A stretch of DNA of 64,000 nt, from the NCBI GenBank assembly GCA_913045315.1, contig CAJWQJ010000009.1, positions 16,569 to 80,568 on the forward strand. Direction: 5' to 3'. The stretch's first letter is position 1, and every line of letters begins with the position of its first letter. The position numbers were made by a program, and so were the translations under genes. Below the pieces are notes generated by a model. It ran no database searches. It worked only from the letters and a program-made list of their open reading frames with translations, and was not told the origin of the DNA. The DNA is from an uncultured Chloroflexota bacterium. Its GTDB lineage: Bacteria; Chloroflexota; Dehalococcoidia; Lucifugimonadales; UBA1127. Positions 1 through 9,906 of the stretch are shown piece by piece.

Positions 1-1403
1 AAAGTTAGCGTTGAAAAAATATTTTTAAAAAAATAATTAAATGCTTTCAATAAAAATATAGTGCATGCCGGAACTTGAAGAGTTAATCCAAATGTAACAC
101 ATCCTAATGATAATAAGCTGATTTCAATTCCTGATAAAGGTAATAATAGTAAGATGCATCCAGCTATGAAAAATATTAATCCTACAATTGAAACCAATGG
201 GAGAATTTTACGAAATGAAGTCTCTCTATTTGATTGAATCATTGCACTTATTGGAGTAATACGAGTAGCTTCATACGAGGGGATCACAGCAGCAATTAAA
301 GATGCAATTATGCCTAATAGAGACCCTTTAATTAATACAAATAAGTCTATTTGTAATTGATATACATTCGCAGCAAAAAAAACATCATTAATTGTTCTGG
401 TAATAAGTTCTAATAAAGTTTGAGCAAGTAATATCCCAAGAAATACGCCAAGAACTACACTGATAATTCCTAAAAAGATTGCTTCAGAAATGAAAATAAG
501 GAAAATATTTTTTTGAGTAACACCAATTGCTCGCAGTATGCCAATAATATTTCGTCTTCTAATAATTGAAAAAGTCATCGTGTTGTAAATTAAAAATATA
601 CCTACAAGCAATGCTAAAAGACTGAGTGCTGTAAGATTTAAATTAAATGCTTTAGTAATCTCATTAACGGTTTTTTGCCGTGTTCCAGATGGAATGATTG
701 AAACACTACTAGGGACAATCATTTCTATTTGAGAGATTCCTTTTTTAGAAGATATTTCATCTTGAAATTTAAGGTCTATTCTTGTCAGAATATCAATTGA
801 GTTTAATATTTCTTGAGCAGTGGATATATCAGTAATGATTAGTGATTCAAAACCAATTTGGTTTATAGAATTTGTAGGGTTAATTATTCCAACTATTTGT
901 ACATTTTGTATGGAATCATCTGAAATTAACTGAAAACTAGTATCATCAGATAATGTTTCAAGAAATGCTTGTGATACGGCAACAGTATTTGGGACTGAAA
1001 GAAGAGAGTCAAAATTATTTTGACTCTCTATTGAGTTAATGATGTTAAAATTCCTGAATCCATATTCTGAGAATGGATCAATTCCTAATAAAGTGACTTT
1101 TTTATTAGTTTCAGAAATTGTTACAATACCTTCAACAATTGGAGCTATATCTTTTACATCAGTGCCAAATTTAATGTCTTTAAAAATTTTGTCAGGTAAT
1201 CCATTTGGACCACCAATGATTTTATGGGTTGCTTCACCAACGACTGCTTCAGTAGCAAATTTGAAAGTGTTTCCAGCAGTTTTACTAGCTAGATCGATTG
1301 CTACAACAACAGATACACCCATAGCAATTCCAATAATCGAAAATAATAAATAAGTTCGATTTCTAAACAAATAACGAATACTAGATTTCCATACTAGAAG
1401 CAT
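1..1403 (-). CDS. ABC transporter permease, FtsX/MacB-like (3' part runs off the window)
   Basis: Not in ORF track. Manual translation from ATG at 1403: [39 protein letters not shown]...; later IGILRAIGV motif; start overlaps the ATPase stop (TAATG). Confidence 0.85.
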   Translation of the reverse strand, partial: MLLVWKSSIRYLFRNRTYLLFSIIGIAMGVSVVVAIDLASKTAGNTFKFATEAVVGEATHKIIGGPNGLPDKIFKDIKFGTDVKDIAPIVEGIVTISETNKKVTLLGIDPFSEYGFRNFNIINSIESQNNFDSLLSVPNTVAVSQAFLETLSDDTSFQLISDDSIQNVQIVGIINPTNSINQIGFESLIITDISTAQEILNSIDILTRIDLKFQDEISSKKGISQIEMIVPSSVSIIPSGTRQKTVNEITKAFNLNLTALSLLALLVGIFLIYNTMTFSIIRRRNIIGILRAIGVTQKNIFLIFISEAIFLGIISVVLGVFLGILLAQTLLELITRTINDVFFAANVYQLQIDLFVLIKGSLLGIIASLIAAVIPSYEATRITPISAMIQSNRETSFRKILPLVSIVGLIFFIAGCILLLLPLSGIEISLLSLGCVTFGLTLQVPACTIFLLKAFNYFFKNIFSTLT

Positions 1404-2083
1404 TACCATTTAACTCGTTTAATAAGGTGAAAATCATGTAAGTCTAATATCTTATTAGTATATAACTCTGCCTCAGAACTATGAGTAACCATAATTACTG
1501 TCATATTACGTTCTTTGGTTAAAGTGTTGAAAAGTTCTAGTATCTCTTTTCCAGTACGAGCGTCAAGATTGCCTGTTGGTTCATCAGCGAGAACAATTTT
1601 TGGTGAATGAATAATAGCTCTAGCAATAGCTACTCGTTGTTGTTCTCCACCGGATAACCTGTCGGGATAACTATCCTCCCGATCAGATAGTCCAATTTTT
1701 TTAAGAAGCAATCTCGCTTCGTCGTTTTTCGAGTTCCTCGTATACCCAAGTAAATCAAGTGGTAATATTAGATTTTCTTTAACTGTTAATGTAGGAATTA
1801 AGTTAAAAAACTGGAAGATAAATCCAATATTTTCTCTTCGAAAGATTGTACGATTAGTTTCAGATAATTTAGTGATGTTTGTATTATCAATGTTAACTGA
1901 GCCTGTGTTGGGTGTATCAATGCCACTAATTAAATTTAAAAGAGTTGATTTTCCTGATCCACTTCTTCCAGTTACAAGGACAAATTCTCCAATTCTTGCT
2001 TCTAAGGACACATTATCAAGTACCAAGCGTTTGCTTGAACCTTCATAATATTCTTTAGTAATGTTAGACGCTGATAATAGCAT
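1403..2083 (-). CDS. ABC transporter ATP-binding protein (LolD/MacB-like)
   Basis: Walker A GRSGSGKS, signature [14 protein letters not shown], Walker B/D-loop [11 protein letters not shown]-loop VTHS. Confidence 0.95.
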   Translation of the reverse strand: MLLSASNITKEYYEGSSKRLVLDNVSLEARIGEFVLVTGRSGSGKSTLLNLISGIDTPNTGSVNIDNTNITKLSETNRTIFRRENIGFIFQFFNLIPTLTVKENLILPLDLLGYTRNSKNDEARLLLKKIGLSDREDSYPDRLSGGEQQRVAIARAIIHSPKIVLADEPTGNLDARTGKEILELFNTLTKERNMTVIMVTHSSEAELYTNKILDLHDFHLIKRVKW

Positions 2084-2175
2084 TAGTTTTTCTTTTACTT
2101 AGTGATCATAAAAAATTGCTAAAAACAAAAATTGATTTATATATTTTAGCATACTTCGATAGTATGAAAGAAATA

Positions 2176-3513
2176 TTATTTAAAAAATTTAGCTATAAAT
2201 TTGGGTGGCTTATCATTAGGTAATGGTTCTTGTGGACATCTGGCAAATAATACTGCAATTGCTGCAAAAATTATAATGAATGCTATAGCTTTAAAACCTA
2301 TTCTATATCCACCAGGCAGTGAGTCTGCTAGAAATCCTATCCAAATTGGTGCTGCTACAGTTGCAGGCAGATCAACAAATTGTAGTAATCCTCCGATTGT
2401 ACCAAATGATTTTCTTCCAAAGAAATAACCTTGTATAACAGCACGTAAGGGAATAACACCACCATATGCTAGTCCAAAAGCACAAACATACAGTGGAATT
2501 TGGCTTAGGTTGCTTATGGTTGAAAAAAGAAATATCGAGAAGCTTAATACACAGAATAATAATGCAACTAATATTTGGAGGTTTACATAATCAGCAACAA
2601 TTCCAAATAAAATTCTACCGCCTACACTGGTGAATACAAAAAGTGATAGTGCCCCGACAGCAACCACGTATTCAAGTCCTAGTTCTTCGGCTAGAAATGG
2701 TGCAAGATGAACTGTAGTTATTCCTGGAACTCCGGAAAAGATTGCATAGACAATAGCAAGCATCCAAAAAGCCCTTGTTCTTAGAGCTTGCCATACATTT
2801 AATTCAAGTTCTTCTCTGGAATCTTTGTTCCAGAAATGAGCTGGTGGTTTGGGAAAGTTCATGTTCTTCTTTTCAAATTTACTAATAGTGTCATTTGTTT
2901 TATTTACTTGGGCACCGTCTGGAAGTAATCCCATCTGTTCTGGTTTATGTCGTAAAATTGATATTAGTGGAAAACCTATTCCCCACATGCATAAACCTGC
3001 AATTACTGTAGCTGTTTTCCATCCTAAATTATCTATAAGCATTGCAAATATAAAAACAATACTTCCACCTAATCCATAGCCAGACATTAGGAATCCCATA
3101 GCTCGACCACGTTTTTTGATGAACCAATTAGCTACAGCTACTTGTAATGGTCTACCTGTTCCAAAGCTAGAACCCATAGCGAGAAAAAGAAGAAAAACTA
3201 AATACAACGCCGAAAGCGACTGAACCCATCGAAGTAATATGAATCCAATTCCCATTAATCCGACACCGAAATACATAATTTTTCTAGGTCCGTATTTATC
3301 AACGAGATATCCTGATATTGGAGCTACCAGTCCTCCTTCAAGCCTAGATAACCCGACGACACCTCCAAGTAAACCTCTTGACCAGCCAAATTCATTTCTC
3401 CAAGGAATAAAGAATGCACTGAAACCATATACAAAAAAAGTTGAAGCCATAGTTGCTATACCTATTCCAGCAGCTACTATTTTCCAACCATAAAAAAATT
3501 TAGGAAGAAACAT
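2176..3513 (-). CDS. MFS transporter (OFA/monocarboxylate-like)
   Basis: About 12 hydrophobic helices, motif A GYLVDKYGPR, FYGW N-terminus, NWFIKKRGRA. Confidence 0.9.
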   Translation of the reverse strand: MFLPKFFYGWKIVAAGIGIATMASTFFVYGFSAFFIPWRNEFGWSRGLLGGVVGLSRLEGGLVAPISGYLVDKYGPRKIMYFGVGLMGIGFILLRWVQSLSALYLVFLLFLAMGSSFGTGRPLQVAVANWFIKKRGRAMGFLMSGYGLGGSIVFIFAMLIDNLGWKTATVIAGLCMWGIGFPLISILRHKPEQMGLLPDGAQVNKTNDTISKFEKKNMNFPKPPAHFWNKDSREELELNVWQALRTRAFWMLAIVYAIFSGVPGITTVHLAPFLAEELGLEYVVAVGALSLFVFTSVGGRILFGIVADYVNLQILVALLFCVLSFSIFLFSTISNLSQIPLYVCAFGLAYGGVIPLRAVIQGYFFGRKSFGTIGGLLQFVDLPATVAAPIWIGFLADSLPGGYRIGFKAIAFIIIFAAIAVLFARCPQEPLPNDKPPKFIAKFFK

Positions 3514-3585
3514 TTTTCCTCAAATACTATGAATATTTTGAGCATTGTACTCTTTGAAATGTCATTGTAATAGAGATAGTTTATG

Positions 3586-4359
3586 TCAAAGTAAACTTTT
3601 CGATTGGCCTCCATCGATATTATATGCAGTTCCCGTAATCAAACTTGCTCGTTCTGATGCAAGGAAACAAACAAAATCACCAAGTTCATTACTTTTTCCA
3701 AAACGTCCCAGAGGGAGATTATTTGTAATAAATAATCTCATTCCTTCAGGATCTTCATCAAGGCGTTTTTGCCATCCCCCACCTGGATGAGCTATTGATC
3801 CGGGATGAACAGTATTAACGAGGACATTAAATGGTGCTAATTGCATAGATAGATGTTTTGTGAAGGCAGTTAAGGCAGCTTTACTAGTCATATATGTCAT
3901 TGATCCACCATATTCTCTACCAAAAATTGACCCTATACAAATGATTCTTCCCCAATTTCGATCTTTCATTTGTGGCACAACTAAACGGGTGAGTCGTATT
4001 GTGCCAAATAGATTTAAATCTAATGATCGAGACCATTCGTCATCACTAAGGTTTTCAAAGGAAGTCGATCCAATTGATCCACCTACATTATTTATCAATA
4101 TATCCACTTGCTTATATGATTGCATAGTAAAATCATAGAGTTTTTCAACATCTTCTGCTTGAGTAATGTCAATAGTAATTCCGACAGCTGAGATTCCATT
4201 ATTATGCAAATTTGATAAAGCTGTCTTAAGTTGTTCTTCATTACGCCCGCAAAGAACAACTTGGGCTCCTTCCATACCTAGTGAATAAGCACAGGCAAAT
4301 CCTAAACCACGACTACTTCCAGTAACTATAGCTACTTTATCTTTCAATCCCAGATCCAT
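3586..4359 (-). CDS. SDR family oxidoreductase
   Basis: TGSSRGLG, NNVG, YxxSK; start moved to MDLGL (4359) behind a GGAGGA SD. Confidence 0.92.
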   Translation of the reverse strand: MDLGLKDKVAIVTGSSRGLGFACAYSLGMEGAQVVLCGRNEEQLKTALSNLHNNGISAVGITIDITQAEDVEKLYDFTMQSYKQVDILINNVGGSIGSTSFENLSDDEWSRSLDLNLFGTIRLTRLVVPQMKDRNWGRIICIGSIFGREYGGSMTYMTSKAALTAFTKHLSMQLAPFNVLVNTVHPGSIAHPGGGWQKRLDEDPEGMRLFITNNLPLGRFGKSNELGDFVCFLASERASLITGTAYNIDGGQSKSLL

Positions 4360-4452
4360 TTCAATCCTCCTGTAACATATCTTCTGGATTATAGATATCA
4401 TTTGAATGTGTGTGCAATAATACTCTCAAAATTAAATTATTGGTGATTAACA

Positions 4453-5028
4453 ATTAGATTATTTATTGGTATTAAATTTGAAGAAAAAACAATAAGCAAT
4501 TTTAATTTTCAGATTGAATTATTAAAAAAATATATTCCTGAAGGAATTCGTTGGATTCATAGGGATTCATTTCATATAACCTTGAAATTTTTAGGTGAAA
4601 TTAGAAACCCTGATATCAATTTATTACTAAATTTAATAACTATTGCCTTTAGTGGTGATAAATTATTATATTTGTCGACTACAAAACTTGGAATTTTTCC
4701 GAATCATAAAAAACCTCATACTTTATGGATGGGTATGGGGGGATTGAATTTGAGTGAATTAATTCATAGACAAGATTATCTTGAAAATCTTATGGCAGAC
4801 AATGGATTTCAAATGGATACACATAAGTACATACCACATTTAACTATTGGGAGGATACAAAAGAATATTCACAAATCTGCATTAAATAAACTGTTAAAAT
4901 ATGTAGAAATGAATGATTTCGATATGAATATTCATTTTGAAATAAAGGAAATATGTTTAATGAAAAGCAACATGGATTCTAAAGGAGTTTCCTACGAAAC
5001 CTTAGCAGCTTATCAATTATCAATCTAA
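4453..5028 (+). CDS. thpR: RNA 2',3'-cyclic phosphodiesterase (2H family); apparent ATT start
   Basis: In-frame upstream extension reads IRLFIGI...RWIHRDSFHITLKFLG, plus second motif PHLTIGR; the ORF-track start (4582) cuts off the first HxT motif. Confidence 0.85.
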   Translation: MRLFIGIKFEEKTISNFNFQIELLKKYIPEGIRWIHRDSFHITLKFLGEIRNPDINLLLNLITIAFSGDKLLYLSTTKLGIFPNHKKPHTLWMGMGGLNLSELIHRQDYLENLMADNGFQMDTHKYIPHLTIGRIQKNIHKSALNKLLKYVEMNDFDMNIHFEIKEICLMKSNMDSKGVSYETLAAYQLSI

Positions 5029-5057
5029 AATAATTGTTATTGCTGTCATGTGTAAAA

Positions 5058-5702
5058 TTAAGAACAAACGTTGCACAGTGGAGAAGAATAGCTGAATACT
5101 TCCCACTCTTGAATAAATGTTTCCCCACATTTATGGCAATATTGCTCTTTTTCTTCTTCATTTTGATCTTCGGACCATTTAAGATGGCAATCATCACAAA
5201 AAGGCGAGTTTTTACTGAAGGTGATAAAATCACCACAACGTATACAAAAACCAGGAATATCTGAATCACCTGCTGGTTGATTTTCGTAATTTTCACTAGA
5301 TACAACTAAATCATTTAAATATTTATATATTTCTGAAGCAGAATCATGATCTGAAACTTGGATAGCTACTTCCTTGAAATTTGCATTAAATGGATTTTTC
5401 AAATTCATTGAGGTGAGTAATGCAATATTTTCATTGTAATAAATTGAGGTGGTTAAATTCTGAACAATTCTGATTGTTACACCTATATCTAATAATCGAT
5501 CAAGTGCGTTGCTATTAGTGTCTGGATGAGCTTGTGTAATGACTACTACATTGATTTGATTGTTTATTACTAATGCAATTTCTTCATTTAATTGCTGCCA
5601 AAACTCAATTGTAGGTGATGCAAGAATTATTTTACTATGAGCAGTTCGAATAAGTTCAATTATTTGTCTAGAAATTTCAAGGTCTCGAAAAATGTTTTGC
5701 AT
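5058..5702 (-). CDS. PLD-like domain protein with C-terminal Cys-rich zinc-binding region; HKD motif degenerate
   Basis: IILASP...LTTSIYYNE..ALLTSMNL...E pattern of single-domain PLD nucleases; CxxC motifs CIRC, CDDC, CHKC, CNVC. Confidence 0.7.
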   Translation of the reverse strand: MQNIFRDLEISRQIIELIRTAHSKIILASPTIEFWQQLNEEIALVINNQINVVVITQAHPDTNSNALDRLLDIGVTIRIVQNLTTSIYYNENIALLTSMNLKNPFNANFKEVAIQVSDHDSASEIYKYLNDLVVSSENYENQPAGDSDIPGFCIRCGDFITFSKNSPFCDDCHLKWSEDQNEEEKEQYCHKCGETFIQEWEVFSYSSPLCNVCS

Positions 5703-5800
5703 AAAGATTTCTCTTATCTATAGATAAATTTTACGATTGATAAATAATAACATTATCTGTTAATTAATTTAAAATTGCATATACATTATTTAATTATGTT

Positions 5801-5875
5801 TGGAGCCACCGAACGGATTTGAACCGTTGGCCTGCTGTTTACGAAACAGCTGCTCTACCCCTGAGCTACGGTGGC
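5801..5875 (-). tRNA. tRNA-Thr(CGT)
   Basis: Reverse complement GCCACCGTAGCTCAGGGGTAGAGCAGCTGTTTCGTAAACAGCAGGCCAACGGTTCAAATCCGTTCGGTGGCTCCA folds as a cloverleaf, anticodon CGT, encoded CCA. Confidence 0.97.
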
Positions 5876-5887
5876 AAAAAATTATGA

Positions 5888-6790
5888 TCAGGATGATTTA
5901 TGAGTTAATTTTTGAATACGTTTTCCTTGTAAAACCTCTGTAACATAAATACTTCCAGTTGTGTCTACCCAAATACCATGAGGAGATAAGAATTTTCCAG
6001 GTTCTTTACCTTCCTGATTAGGTCCTCCTAATCTTCCTATTATTGTACCGTCTAATGCAACTAGACTTATTCTGCTTTGAAGTTCTGCTACATAAATAAT
6101 GTCATTCGAATCAATATAGATTTTGCAAGGTTGAAGAAAATCATTCCAGATATCAACTACTTGACCTTTCAAATTAAAAATTTGCAATCTGTGATTTTGA
6201 CGATCAGCAACATAAATTTTATCTTTATGTTCCCAGACGGAATGTGGTAGATTAAATTCCCCAGGACCATTTCCAGGATTTCCCCACGAAAATTCAAGAT
6301 TTCCCAATGAATCGAATTTATGTATACGAGCATTTCTATAACCGTCAGAAATATAAAATCCACCAGAACTCTTGGAAACTGCTATATCTGTAGGGTGATG
6401 AAATGGACCAGATGCTCGCAAAACAGTTTTGTTTTCAGATGTATACCCGGTATCTGATGGTTGACCTCGTATTCCCATTTGAAGTAGAACTTCGCCGTTA
6501 TTAGCTACTTTAAGTGCTACTTGATCTTCTCTATCTACCAAGTAAAGAGTATCCCTTTCATCAATGTAAATTCCGTGTGCATCATTTACGATTTCTTTTC
6601 CCCAGGTTCGTAAATAATTTCCTTCGGAATCAAATATCATTAATGGTCTATCAGTCCGGGAATATACATACACATTATCCTGAGAATCGGTGGCTACAGA
6701 AGCGGTTTCTCCCCAAGTAAAGTTATCAGGTCCAGTTGCCCAATTATCGTCTGCAATATATTGATAGGGTCCTATGTTGATTTCTTTCAT
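5888..6790 (-). CDS. NHL-repeat beta-propeller protein (peptidyl-alpha-hydroxyglycine lyase-like)
   Basis: Repeated F..PH.I.V and YVAD..N.R motifs; SDGYRNARIHKF and WG..G.GPGEFNLPH. Confidence 0.85.
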   Translation of the reverse strand: MKEINIGPYQYIADDNWATGPDNFTWGETASVATDSQDNVYVYSRTDRPLMIFDSEGNYLRTWGKEIVNDAHGIYIDERDTLYLVDREDQVALKVANNGEVLLQMGIRGQPSDTGYTSENKTVLRASGPFHHPTDIAVSKSSGGFYISDGYRNARIHKFDSLGNLEFSWGNPGNGPGEFNLPHSVWEHKDKIYVADRQNHRLQIFNLKGQVVDIWNDFLQPCKIYIDSNDIIYVAELQSRISLVALDGTIIGRLGGPNQEGKEPGKFLSPHGIWVDTTGSIYVTEVLQGKRIQKLTHKSS

Positions 6791-6921
6791 AATTCACATC
6801 CATGGAGTACTCAAAATATATTTATTGAATTATACAGCAAAATGCTGTAAATCCGTTGTCACAATTAATAATGAGGATTATAGTTCTAGCTGAAAGAATT
6901 AATTATCTACTGGGGTGTGAA

Positions 6922-7818
6922 ATGAAACTAGTTTTTTATAATGATTTTATTCCAGGAGTTGTTTCTGGAGATAACATTGTTGATATTTCTGAAATTGTAA
7001 ATGGTATTCCTCATATTGGACCTGGAGACCTGATGTCTAGATTGATTCAAAATTTTGATCAATATCGGTCATCAATTGAAAGTGCTGAGAAAAGTAATTC
7101 AGGTGTGCCAATAACTTCTGTTCGCTTAAGAGCTCCAGTACCAAAACCTGGAAAAATTCTTTGTATGGCTGGAAATTACCTAGAAAATGGTACATTAAAA
7201 GAACCACGACCGATTAATGCTTTTTTAAAAAATCGTGATGCTGTTATTGGTGATGGAGATACAATCATTCTTCCGCCTGCACCTGTTACGATTTTCCATC
7301 ATGAAGCTGAAGCAGGGTTGGTTTTTGGTAAACGAGCATCAAAAATTAAAGCAGCAGAAGCTTATGAATATGTTTTTGGATACGTGAATGTTATCGACGT
7401 TTCTGCAAGAGGATTAGGCCCTGAGGGTGGTGATGGATTTTTTATGGGTAAATCATGGCATACTTTTGCTCCTATAGGTCCATATCTTGTTACTGCTGAT
7501 GAAGTTAAAGACCCTCAAGATTTACATATAAAACTTTCCGTAAACGGATCAATTAGACAAGAATATAGTACAAGTGATATGGGACATAAGATTCCAGAAA
7601 CAATTGAATGGGCTACTTCGATTGCAACATTTAATCCAGGAGATGTCCTGTTTCTTGGCACAAACCATCAAGGCCTTGGTGCATTACAAGACGGAGATGA
7701 AGTCGAAATGGGCATTGAAGGTTTAGGAACTATCCGATTGAATGTAAATGAAAACCTAAAACGAAAATGGGACACTGGTGTTGACCGTTCAGTTGCTGAC
7801 AGAATTGCTGGAAGATAA
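6922..7818 (+). CDS. Fumarylacetoacetate hydrolase family protein (paralog 1)
   Basis: PGKILCMAGNY, HHEAE, DVSAR, GKSW.TF.P.GP; start moved to MKLVF (6922), matching paralog 2. Confidence 0.92.
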   Translation: MKLVFYNDFIPGVVSGDNIVDISEIVNGIPHIGPGDLMSRLIQNFDQYRSSIESAEKSNSGVPITSVRLRAPVPKPGKILCMAGNYLENGTLKEPRPINAFLKNRDAVIGDGDTIILPPAPVTIFHHEAEAGLVFGKRASKIKAAEAYEYVFGYVNVIDVSARGLGPEGGDGFFMGKSWHTFAPIGPYLVTADEVKDPQDLHIKLSVNGSIRQEYSTSDMGHKIPETIEWATSIATFNPGDVLFLGTNHQGLGALQDGDEVEMGIEGLGTIRLNVNENLKRKWDTGVDRSVADRIAGR

Positions 7819-7848
7819 ATTTTATATAAATATAAATGGAGATACTAA

Positions 7849-8739
7849 ATGAAATTAACATTTTTTAATGATTATCAACTCGGACTTGTTGAAGATGATT
7901 CGATAATTGATCTTATGCCTCTAGTAGGGAATATTAACGCACCAACGAGTCAGGATTTGATTAATGGTGTTATCAGTGAATTTAATACTCGATACAGATC
8001 CCTTTTCTTGAAAGCATCTGCTACCGAAATTAAAATTCCTTTGTCACAAGTCCAATTACGAGCTCCTCTTCCCCGACCAGGGAAAATAGTTGCTATGGCA
8101 GCTAACTATATGGAAAACGGAGCTCTTAAGGAACCAAGACCAATTAATGCATTTTTTAAATCTCCTGAATCAGTTATTGGAAATGGAGACACTGTTATTC
8201 TACCACCGAATCTAGCGACAATATTTCATCATGAGGCAGAATTGGGCTTAGTTATTGGCGAAACTGCTAAAGATGTTCAACCTGAAGAAGCATACAAGCA
8301 TATTTTTGGATATATAAATTTTGTTGATGTTTCAGCAAGAGGATTGAATATCCCAAGTTTTTATTGGGGGAAATCCTGGGACACATTTGGTCCAATGGGA
8401 CCATATCTTGTAACAGCTGATGAAATACCTGATCCACAAAACATAAATGTAAATTTGTGGGTCAACGGTGATATAAGACAAACATATAACACAAATGATA
8501 TGGGGCATAAAATTCCAAGAATAATTGAATGGGCATCTTCAATAGCACGTCTTGAAGCAGGAGATATAATCATATGTGGAACAAATCATCAAGGGTTAGG
8601 CGCATTACAGGATGGAGACAAATTAGAGATGGAAACTGATGGGCTAGGAATTCTTTCTGTTCTGGTTCAAGACGATTCTAAAAGAGAATGGCCACGTGGA
8701 GTAGATACAGAGATGGCCGATAGAGTAGCAGGACGTTAA
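7849..8739 (+). CDS. Fumarylacetoacetate hydrolase family protein (paralog 2)
   Basis: PGKIVAMAANY, HHEAEL, DVSAR, GKSWDTFGPMGP; GGAG SD. Confidence 0.92.
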   Translation: MKLTFFNDYQLGLVEDDSIIDLMPLVGNINAPTSQDLINGVISEFNTRYRSLFLKASATEIKIPLSQVQLRAPLPRPGKIVAMAANYMENGALKEPRPINAFFKSPESVIGNGDTVILPPNLATIFHHEAELGLVIGETAKDVQPEEAYKHIFGYINFVDVSARGLNIPSFYWGKSWDTFGPMGPYLVTADEIPDPQNINVNLWVNGDIRQTYNTNDMGHKIPRIIEWASSIARLEAGDIIICGTNHQGLGALQDGDKLEMETDGLGILSVLVQDDSKREWPRGVDTEMADRVAGR

Positions 8740-8757
8740 TAAATCAAGCAAGCTTAG

Positions 8758-8799
8758 GTAATTAAAAAAGCCCGGGATGTTCCGGGCTTTTTTAATTAC
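8758..8799. terminator. Bidirectional intrinsic terminator
   Basis: 18-bp inverted repeat GTAATTAAAAAAGCCCGG / CCGGGCTTTTTTAATTAC between convergent genes, with A and T tracts. Confidence 0.92.
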
Positions 8800-8805
8800 A
8801 TTCAT

Positions 8806-9735
8806 TTAATGAATTGGATGGTAGTGATCACCACCAGCTGGTCGGTTCCATAATTCTACGAGCATGCCAAGACATGATCTTGGGTGAAACCACGCTACTA
8901 CTCGTGGGTTTTCTTCTTTAGGTGGAATTGAACCGATTTGTTGAATACCTCCAGCTACAGCATAATCTGTAAACGCATGTACATCTGGAGCAAATGGACA
9001 TGTATGGTGATAAACTGCCCCAAGTGGCGCACGGGATGCAACTAATTTTGCAGTTCCACTAGTGTCACCCCAAGGGATGCTTATTTCTATTACTGATCCT
9101 CCAACAGGATATTCTAATAAATGAACAGGGTCATCTGCTGCTCTTGCTGGACGATTTGGGTCTGGGGGATCAATCCCTCTTTCCATAGTCAAATCTTCAT
9201 GTAATAAAAATTTTGTTTCGAATAAATCGCGTACTTCTGCTGCACTTCTGGCAGCTAGTCCAACGTGTGCCATTCCTGTTATTAATCCATTTCCTTTGTA
9301 ATAAGGATGTGCATGATAGTAATCTTCAGGAACAATTTGAATATTTACCCCTAGTGTTGTTTCAGGATCAAGAAATACTGCGCTTTTACCGTCCCAATTA
9401 CCTTTTACTTTTATTCCGCGTTCTTGTAATCCACTAATCTCACTACCAATGTCATTAGTAGCTAGTGCAATATGATGCATTCCTCCTCGTCCACCACTAT
9501 TTTCTAGGAATTCAGCAGCCTCCCCAGTAGTGCTATTTGGAGTGCTAATTTCATAGAACATTTCCCCAATTGGGAATTGAAGGGCTGTAACATTATCAAA
9601 TGATACAGAGTTTCCTCCTTCTATTGGAGTTCTATGTGCGTCAATATCTAGTCCAAATCCTTTTGTCATTACTGTTTTACCATTCTCTAGGTCGGGAGTT
9701 ACCAAACCTACATGATGGATTCTTGTAAATGCCAT
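8806..9735 (-). CDS. Two-domain VOC/glyoxalase family protein (methylmalonyl-CoA epimerase-like)
   Basis: Two internal modules, each with H-V-G, E-I-S, HH and P...LG...(E/Q) motifs. Confidence 0.85.
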   Translation of the reverse strand: MAFTRIHHVGLVTPDLENGKTVMTKGFGLDIDAHRTPIEGGNSVSFDNVTALQFPIGEMFYEISTPNSTTGEAAEFLENSGGRGGMHHIALATNDIGSEISGLQERGIKVKGNWDGKSAVFLDPETTLGVNIQIVPEDYYHAHPYYKGNGLITGMAHVGLAARSAAEVRDLFETKFLLHEDLTMERGIDPPDPNRPARAADDPVHLLEYPVGGSVIEISIPWGDTSGTAKLVASRAPLGAVYHHTCPFAPDVHAFTDYAVAGGIQQIGSIPPKEENPRVVAWFHPRSCLGMLVELWNRPAGGDHYHPIH

Positions 9736-9840
9736 TGTCCCCTCACTTATAAATTATTTTGTAAAATTATAGCATTGATTAAATCAGTATGCAGACTAGC
9801 ATTCGAGATTAACTGAGTCAACTTGCTTGTTGAATTTAGG

Positions 9841-9869
9841 TTGACCATAGAATTACGAACGTTCATACT
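9841..9869 (+). promoter_or_regulatory. Putative sigma-70 promoter for the Ldh_2-lhgO operon
   Basis: TTGACC-17 nt-CATACT. Confidence 0.55.
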
Positions 9870-9906
9870 CTGATAATAATTGAGACACATGATATCTGGA
9901 GGGGAT

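Noticed and set aside
4402-4446. UGA readthrough from upstream TTG/GTG into thpR as a selenoprotein
   Set aside because: The extension has no similarity to 2H phosphoesterases and no SECIS-like stem follows
5702-5875. Integrative element at tRNA-Thr or tRNA-Sec
   Set aside because: No integrase and no duplicated tRNA 3' end noticed in the window
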